From Ministeria vibrans ATCC 50519 (taxonomy: Eukaryota; Protista; Filasterea), in NCBI GenBank assembly GCA_943704425.1, contig CALSCP010000583.1:1-43701 (forward strand): a DNA stretch of 43,701 nucleotides. Direction: 5' to 3'. The notes below the pieces were generated by a model. The model made no database searches. It was not told the DNA's origin and worked only from the letters and a program-made list of their open reading frames with translations. A program made the translations under genes and the position numbers. This document shows, piece by piece, positions 37,006-43,701 of the stretch. The number at the start of each line of letters is the position of its first letter. The first letter of the stretch is position 1.

Positions 37006-37784
37006 ATGCTAGCGTTGCTTCCCATCATCGGCGCTCTCGTGGCGCTCAGTGAGCCCGTAATGTCCACTTTTGTCTTTTTGTACTCCTCACACTCTCTTCC
37101 TCTCCATTTCTCTCTCTCTCTCTCGCCCCTCACTGTGAAGGTTTCCGCCTACTACATCTGCACGGGCACCTCCGCCACCATTTATTGCTACGGTAAAGCG
37201 GAGACGAGACGAATCGCGAATGAGTTGGGAATTTTTCTTTTTTTGACTCCTCTTTCTGTTCTGTCTCTTAGGCATTGCGTACTGCTGCTACAACAACTTC
37301 AACAACCCCTATTGCTGTGAGCCTATTTTTGGACTGTGGTGGTACGCAGGCGCGGTGCGGGGTCGTACGGATGACAGTGCACTAACTCATATTGTGTGTG
37401 CTTGTGCGTGACTCTGACAGGTTCTGGCTGTGCATCTCCGGCGCCGTCTTCCTCCTGCTGGTGATCGCTTGCTGCATTCGTCGTCGACGGCGGTTGGCCG
37501 CGGGTGCAGTGGTGGTGTCGTCGACAAACGTCACAACACCCTCGTACACCACGGGGTACCAGCAGGCGCCCAACACTGCCTACCAGGCGTACGGAAGTAC
37601 CGGAGCGGTGGCTGCACCCGCCTATCCGGTCGACGACAAGAACTCCTACCAGTACGGCCAATCCCCTTACTACTCACAGCAGCAACAGCAGCAGCAGCAG
37701 CAGCAACAGCAACAGCCACAGCCCGGCTATTACGCCGAGCCGCCGCCAGCGTATCAACAAGAGGCATCCTCCTCGAACGCCTAG
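37006..37784 (+). CDS. WBP1/VOPP1-like Shisa-family single-pass adaptor
   Basis: Four exons: signal peptide MLALLPIIGALVALSEPVSA, ectodomain YYICTG..YCYGIAYCCYNNFNNPYCCEP, then LWWFWL-TM-CC-RRRRR, and a tail with PPPAY. Confidence 0.75.
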
Positions 37785-37939
37785 TCATTTTGTTTTTGTG
37801 TTTTGTTGTGACTTGGTGGAAAGAGAGAGAGAGTGAGCGAAGGAAATGAAAACAAACTTATGCAAGATTAATCAATCAACCCAAAGTCCGAACGTTTAAT
37901 TTGTTACATTTTTATCTACTGAGTGACCGTACTCTTACA

Positions 37940-39847
37940 ATGCCTCTCACTAAAGCCTGTACAAGCTTTCCTGTTGCGGGAGTGGCGCGTGTCCGATGGA
38001 CAGCCGACTGCGAAATTTTGACAGTGCAACTTTTGACGGTTGACGGACGGCCGGCGTGCCTGCAGGTGAGCGCGCACGCCCCTCTCGCGACGCCGCCCTT
38101 ATCGAGTCGTTTATAGAGAAGTCGCGACGAGAACCTTGGGCGAACGCTTGACCGCCTTCTTGCCTCGTCCACACCCAAGGCAAAGAAGAGACTCAAAGGT
38201 GCGCCGGCCGCGTCTGCCGCGCCCCCAGCACCGACAGCGACGGCTTTGCTACGCCAGCCTAACGGTGAGGTGGTCTCGCGCGACACTCCCAGTTCCAAAG
38301 CATTTGTTTCGGGTCAGGCGCTTGAGGTGAGAGTTGATTACGACACACACAATGCTTTTAGTGCGTCTTTTTGCTTATGCAAACCCCCTTGTGTTGTCTT
38401 TTTTAATATTAATATTATTACGTCTTATGAAAAGATTGCGGGCTATGACGCGTATTCGGTGATTGTGAACAATCCTTTTATCACGTCGATTCAACTGCCC
38501 ACCATTGTGACGGCTACACTGCCGTTTGCGCCGTATGTGAAGACGGACTTTTGTCGCGTAGACGAGTGTCACTTTGCGTGGTTTCGCGACGACAACAAAC
38601 CACTGGGCAACTCGCCTGTCTACGTGCCCACCGTAGACGACATTGGCCATCGTGTGCGCGTAGAATGTGCACCACCAGGCGAACTGGCAGTGGTCGCCGA
38701 GAGTGTTGATGTAGTGGAGCCGTTTTGGACGCGAGCGACAATGCTGTGCGATCTGCGCGACTGGACGCCCTCTGGCCCTGTCCCGAGCAGCAGTGGCAAT
38801 GGTCTGCGTGTCATGTCGTACAACGTTCTTGCCGACACGTACGCCAGCACGGACTACGCGAGCAAAGTGCTGTATCCACACTGTGCGCCAGCATTGCTGA
38901 ATCTGTGGCGCAGACACCACCAGGTGTGCAAGGAAGTGCGTTTGTACGACCCAGATGTGGTATGCTTCCAGGAAGTTATGCTGCACCAGTTTAGCGAGTG
39001 TCTTGAGCCGCAGCTGAATGCGTGTGGATTTGATGGGCTCATGGCCTCCAAAGCGTGTCAGGTCCGTGAAGGCTGTGCGACCTTTTTTCGGCGCAGTCGC
39101 TTTGAGTTTGTGAGCAGCGAACGGGTCGCACTCAACGAAGCATTGACTGCACGTCTTGCTGTTGAGCAACAACAGAGCGGTGTGAATGACGCGTGGGCAA
39201 CCGACTTGTGCGGGCGTCTGGTGGGCCTCAACGAGCGCATGCAAAGGCTCTCGACGGTCGTTCAGCTTACGGTGTTGCGCGAGCGCACGTCGCAGCGACT
39301 GGTGTGTGTTGCCAACACGCATTTGTTTTTCCATTGGCGGGCCAGCGGCGAGCGACTCATCCAGACCAAGCTCATCTGCGAGGCACTGGAGCGACTCAAT
39401 GCACGACACGATGGTGCGCTCTCGGTGATTCTGTGTGGCGACCTAAACTCATCCGAGGAGACGGCTGCAGTGGCGCTGTTGGACACGGGCGTCGTTGCTC
39501 ACGACCATCCGTGCTGGGAAATGTTGGCACATCCACGTTCGGACGACGAACCGGTGCATGTGTCGCAGGAGGACGAGACGGCTGTACGCGAACAGCACGA
39601 GAAGGACACTGCTCATCTTGCGCCGTTTATGGGTGTCACCGTCTCCCATTCGCTCCGACTTACCAGTGCCTACAAGGATGCACCACCGCCCTACACCAAC
39701 TTTGTACCCAATTTTGTGGCGACACTTGATTGGATCTTTATTTCCGAGCGGGCCTTTCGCGTCGCTGCTGTGCTCAATGTGCCTCAGCGCGAACACATTG
39801 AGGCCCATGTGGCACTTCCCTCTGCTGTGGCGCCCTCCGATCACATC
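37940..39847 (+). CDS. PDE12: 2',5'-phosphodiesterase 12 (CCR4/EEP-family 3' exoribonuclease/deadenylase); 3' end interrupted by a gap
   Basis: PDE12-type N-terminus (RSRDENLGRTLDRL, YSVIVNNP, YVPTVDDIGHRVRVECAP). Catalytic motifs RVMSYNVLAD, CFQEV, ANTHL, CGDLNS, YTNF..F..TLDWI and PSDHI. Introns 38066-38116 and 38327-38434 (stopless, 3n). Confidence 0.92.
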
Positions 39848-39855
39848 NNNNNNNN
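39848..39855. other. Assembly gap (8 N) between the PDE12 and CysRS-like coding regions
   Basis: Run of N. Confidence 0.99.
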
Positions 39856-41946
39856 ACGGCACTCGACACCGCGCGAGATGCGAAAACTCGCGCGAGAACC
39901 GCGACTGTTCAATGCGCGAACCAAAGTGGTTGAAGAACTGCCGCAGACGCTCTCGCGCATGCTCACGAAGATGCCTGTATCCCAGGAGCCCTTGACATTC
40001 TCTCAGGCGCGCACCATGATCACGCTCGACTCCATGCTGCGCGTCTACACGGAGCACTTCCACCGCGAGTTTGCGCACGCCATTCTTCTCGTCGACGTCG
40101 ACGCGTCCTCGTCGCCCACCGACCGCCACGCTCTCACGGCCGATCCAGAGTGCTGCACACGCTTTGAGCAGGACCTCAAGCGCCTTGGCCTCCAGCGGCC
40201 TCTCCATCTGCTGCGTCTCTCGTCCATGATGAGCACCGTCACCGCCTTTGTCGAGCAGCTCGTGTCGCTCCGTCTCGCCTACCAGAACCCCACCGATCAC
40301 TCCGTTTATTTTGACGTCTCGGCGTTTCACGCACGCAGCAGTAGCATGCGCACGGCGTCGGACGTGTCGTTGCCAGCAGCAGGCGCAGCCGCTGCGTCGG
40401 AGGATGCTGTTGAGGTGTCCCTTGCAACCTGGAAGACGGACTTTTTGTTGTGGCGCACACACTTGCCCAGCGAAGTGGTCGACGGTCAATCGTTTCCCTC
40501 CATCTGGGGCATGGGGGCACCATCGAGTCTTGTGTCGCTTCCGGCCATTGCCTGTGCGGTCTTTGGTCAGCCAGACGTGCTGCACTGCGTCACTGCCGAG
40601 AGCACCCCAACCAACAATTTGACGCTGATGCATGCGTGCATTGCCCAGGCACACGCTGTTCTCGACAAGGAACGTTTTTTCTTTCTCAAAATGAGCCACA
40701 ACACGGAGACAAACAGCGAGCTGGGGGCGCGAGACGACGAAGAAGACGGGAAGGAGGAGGGAGTCGACGAGGGGGAGGAGGGAGAAACGAGAAGGCGTGT
40801 GGGCCGCATCAGCACCACCGACAGCACTAGCGAGTGCAGTCGCCTTCTCAAGCAGACATCGCTCACACAACTGCGCCTGTTTTGTCTGCTGCACCACTAC
40901 CGTCGGCCTGTCGCGCCCACCCCAGCCCGTCTTCGCGGCGTTCACCTTGCCGAGCTCGAGCTCAACACCTTCTTCATCAATGTCGCTGCGTCCATTCATC
41001 GTGGATCTGCCATCCTTGAGCGTCGTTGGGATACATCAGATTCCGCCCTCAACAGTTAGTACGTCCTCTATGCATCAATCAAACACCATTCACATTTAGT
41101 TTAATATTATTATTATTATTATTATTATTGTTATTATTATTATTATTCTTTTCAGCTTCTTCGATGTACGTCGCCAGGTCGACATTGCTCTGTGCGATGA
41201 CTTTGACTCCCCTCAGGCCATTGGGCTGCTTCTCAGACTTGCTGGTGCCACAAACATCTATATGGGCGTTGATTCGGTACTGCTTCAAACCAATTGTACT
41301 TGTTCTTCTCAATCGCGTTTGTGTCTGTTTGATCTCGTTTTAGCCTCACAAAGTGCGGATTGAGCTGCTGAAGAACATTTCGCAGTACATGTCGTCCATG
41401 CTCTATGCAATGGGTATTTCCCTCAAGACGGATATGGTATAATAATTTTAAAAACTTATTATTATTATTATTACTATTATCACTATTACTATTATTATCA
41501 TTGCCTTTGTGTGTTGGTGATTGACACTTGTTTGTATTGGTGCGTATGTCTGTCTCCCTATTTCGTATTCTCTCTCTCGTATTCTTTTTTTTCTTGCGTT
41601 TTCATTCTCTCTCATTCATTCTTTCTTTGTATGTTAGACATCAATGGACACGACAGCTGATGAGTACGGTTCTGTCATTGATACATTAGTGGACTTTCGG
41701 TGCGAACACCCCAATTAATTGTTGTTCTAGTCTTGTTTGTTTTTGCTTGTTCTCACTCCCCCATCTCTCACTCGCAGCACCCGCATCCACCAGCGTGCTG
41801 TTGCTCGAGGCAACGATGCAACGCTGCGTGCGAGTGAGCAGCTGAGCTCACAGCTGCGCGACATTGGGATTGTGCTCGAGGACCTCCCCGACGGCACGTG
41901 TGAGTGGCGCGTGCAGGGTACTGCTGCGCCTCCGCGCGACATTTGA
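39856..41946 (+). CDS. Cysteinyl-tRNA synthetase-like protein lacking catalytic motifs (putative pseudo-synthetase), with DALR and anticodon-binding-like domains
   Basis: Colinear with CysRS: RLFNARTK, QART.I.LD.MLR, FEQDLKRLG, AY...SVYFDV, DFLLWR, SIWGMG.P, IAQA.A, LRLFCLLHHYR, ALCDDFDSPQAI, LVDFR, GIVLED..G..EWR. Exons 39856-41058, 41156-41276, 41344-41436, 41638-41699 and 41778-41946 splice in frame. Confidence 0.85.
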
Positions 41947-42009
41947 TGCGTAGTGGTGTATAGATTTGTTGTACAGGAATGACTATAGTTATTATTACAT
42001 TCACTCGAG

Positions 42010-43539
42010 TTATTGCTGTTGTTGCTGTTGTGCCCTTTGCTTTGCAGCGAGTGATTGGAGGTAGGGCGACTCAGGATGAGTGCGCGTGAGAGCGGAAGGA
42101 GGGGTGACGGCTGCAGCTTGTGCTGTCGCTGAAGGGGCCGAAAAGGACGTGCGGGGAGTAGAGCGCATGCCGAAGACAGACGAGGTACGGCGCGACGAGA
42201 ACATACGCACAGTCTCTTGGAGGATGTTGAGGAGCAGCTTGACTTGTGCGCGGTCGCCGTGGCTTCCACCGCGCTCGCGGATCTGATTGGTGACCAGTCC
42301 AATGGCGGTGGCAACATGTTCGCGCTCCGTTTCGTGTACATCGCGCGCGACTGAAACGCCCACACCAATGGCCGACTGCAAGCAGCGTCCAAACGAGTCG
42401 AGTGCGTAGTAGTCAGTGTCGTCGTTGACCACAAGTGCCTTAATCGTCGCAATCAGGTCGGGGATGTTGGCGTCGGGCCAACTGGCGTACTTGGCCAGCA
42501 GCTCATCCAGGGGTGCATGGTCGAGACTCACACACTCGGTCGTCTGCACAGGCTCAGTGCGTCGACTCAGACACAGACGGGCAAGCAGAGCAACCGACAC
42601 ATTACTAAGTACTACAAGCAGATGGGCGCTGCGCGGTGTTGTGCCGGGGACCAGTGCCGTCACACACACCAAGTGCCGGTGGTGGGAGCACTGCGCGTAC
42701 AGTCGCCCACACAGTGGTGCAATCTACAATAAGGCACATAAGTGCATGGTATTGAGAGCATAATCTGTTTGTCGGTTTGTCTGTCTCTTTGTCGTACGAT
42801 GTGAAGCCAGTCTGGATCGGGAATGGACTCGAGTGCGGCGAGAACAAGACGGTCGAGATGGACAAGAACAAGCTCAAAGACACGGTCAAGAGAGAGGCGT
42901 AGTGCCATGACAATGAGATCAAGCGCAAGCGCAGTGTTGCCTGTGCGTTGTCTACAAAGAAGGAGAAAGAGAAAACACAGAGTTTGGTAATGTGTGTGTG
43001 TGAGGGGAGTGAGAGTGAAGGATGGTGGTATTCTAACTTGTTTGCTAAAATAACAGTGAGCGTGTTGAGGAGGGTGACTGTACGCGCCACATTGGGTTTG
43101 TTCTGGTCCACATAGCTTGATGTTTCCACAAGTGTGCTATCGGTGGCTCGTACCGAGCGCCATTTTAGTGACACTGAGCATTCTATTGAAAGTGAGTTAG
43201 TTTTTGTCGCTAGTTTCTTTTCATTCTCCTCTCTGTCTCAGTCTGTGTATAAATAAATATTTATAGATGTTTGTGTGTGTGTGTGTGGGTACCGTTGTAA
43301 TCCTTTTTGATCCTCGCAATGACCGACGGTTCCAGTGAGAGACCCGCCAGAGCAGTGCCGAGCATTTCTTGCGAAGGCAGCCATCGGTATGGCTGGAAGA
43401 GAAAAAGAAAAGATGTGTATGTGTGTCAAGAAGATTGTAAGGAACTGGAGAGTAAATGCGCTTACTGAGTTGGGAGTGGTGTGCACGTCGAGAAACCATC
43501 GGTGTACAGCGTCGGTGTAGACGCTCTCGGGCCGCAATA
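42010..43539 (-). CDS. SLF2/FAM178 (Nse6-related, CANIN-domain)-like protein, 3' part; 5' exons run out of the window
   Basis: LRLSLD...DW...LC..L....HHRHLVCVTALVPGTTPRSAHL..VLS, DYYAL and IRERGGSHGDRAQVKLLL resemble remembered SLF2 segments (HPHNLLWLVQLVP..T.RG..L, AYYL, IRE.....RTKVKDL). Upstream exon phases are uncertain. Confidence 0.5.
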
Positions 43540-43580
43540 CTACGTAACACACACAAAACGGGGGTGTTAAAAAAGAGTAA

Positions 43581-43701
<121 letters not shown>

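Noticed and set aside
38246-41059. 937-aa ORF taken as a proven single fusion protein
   Set aside because: It reads through an N gap of uncertain size and a stopless 108-nt intron. It is kept only as a hypothesis.

Overview
Gene-dense, intron-rich eukaryotic nuclear DNA. It uses the standard code and GT-AG introns of about 40-700 nt that are often filled with AAT/AG/CA microsatellites, and has two small N gaps. About 16 protein-coding genes were reconstructed by manual splicing: a multi-pass membrane protein, a hypothetical protein, bifunctional FAD synthase (FLAD1 type), an intronless ankyrin-repeat protein, ACAP-type BAR-PH-ArfGAP-ANK, COX15, a cytochrome P450, LYRM2-like, two Shisa/WBP1-like PPxY membrane adaptors, a pectin-acetylesterase/Notum-family esterase, a BIG3/ARFGEF3-like pseudo-GEF, a DysF-containing ferlin (3' end missing), a cyclin C-terminal fragment (5' end missing), PDE12, a CysRS-like protein and an SLF2/FAM178-like protein. 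The gene content is animal-like in a compact genome, which suggests a unicellular holozoan or related protist (inference). The most striking element is an intact, spliced cysteinyl-tRNA-synthetase paralogue that has lost every recognisable catalytic motif. It lies directly behind, and nominally in frame with, the tRNA/rRNA deadenylase PDE12, across an 8-N gap. The ferlin/cyclin junction looks like an assembly misjoin. All family assignments come from remembered motifs, not database searches.
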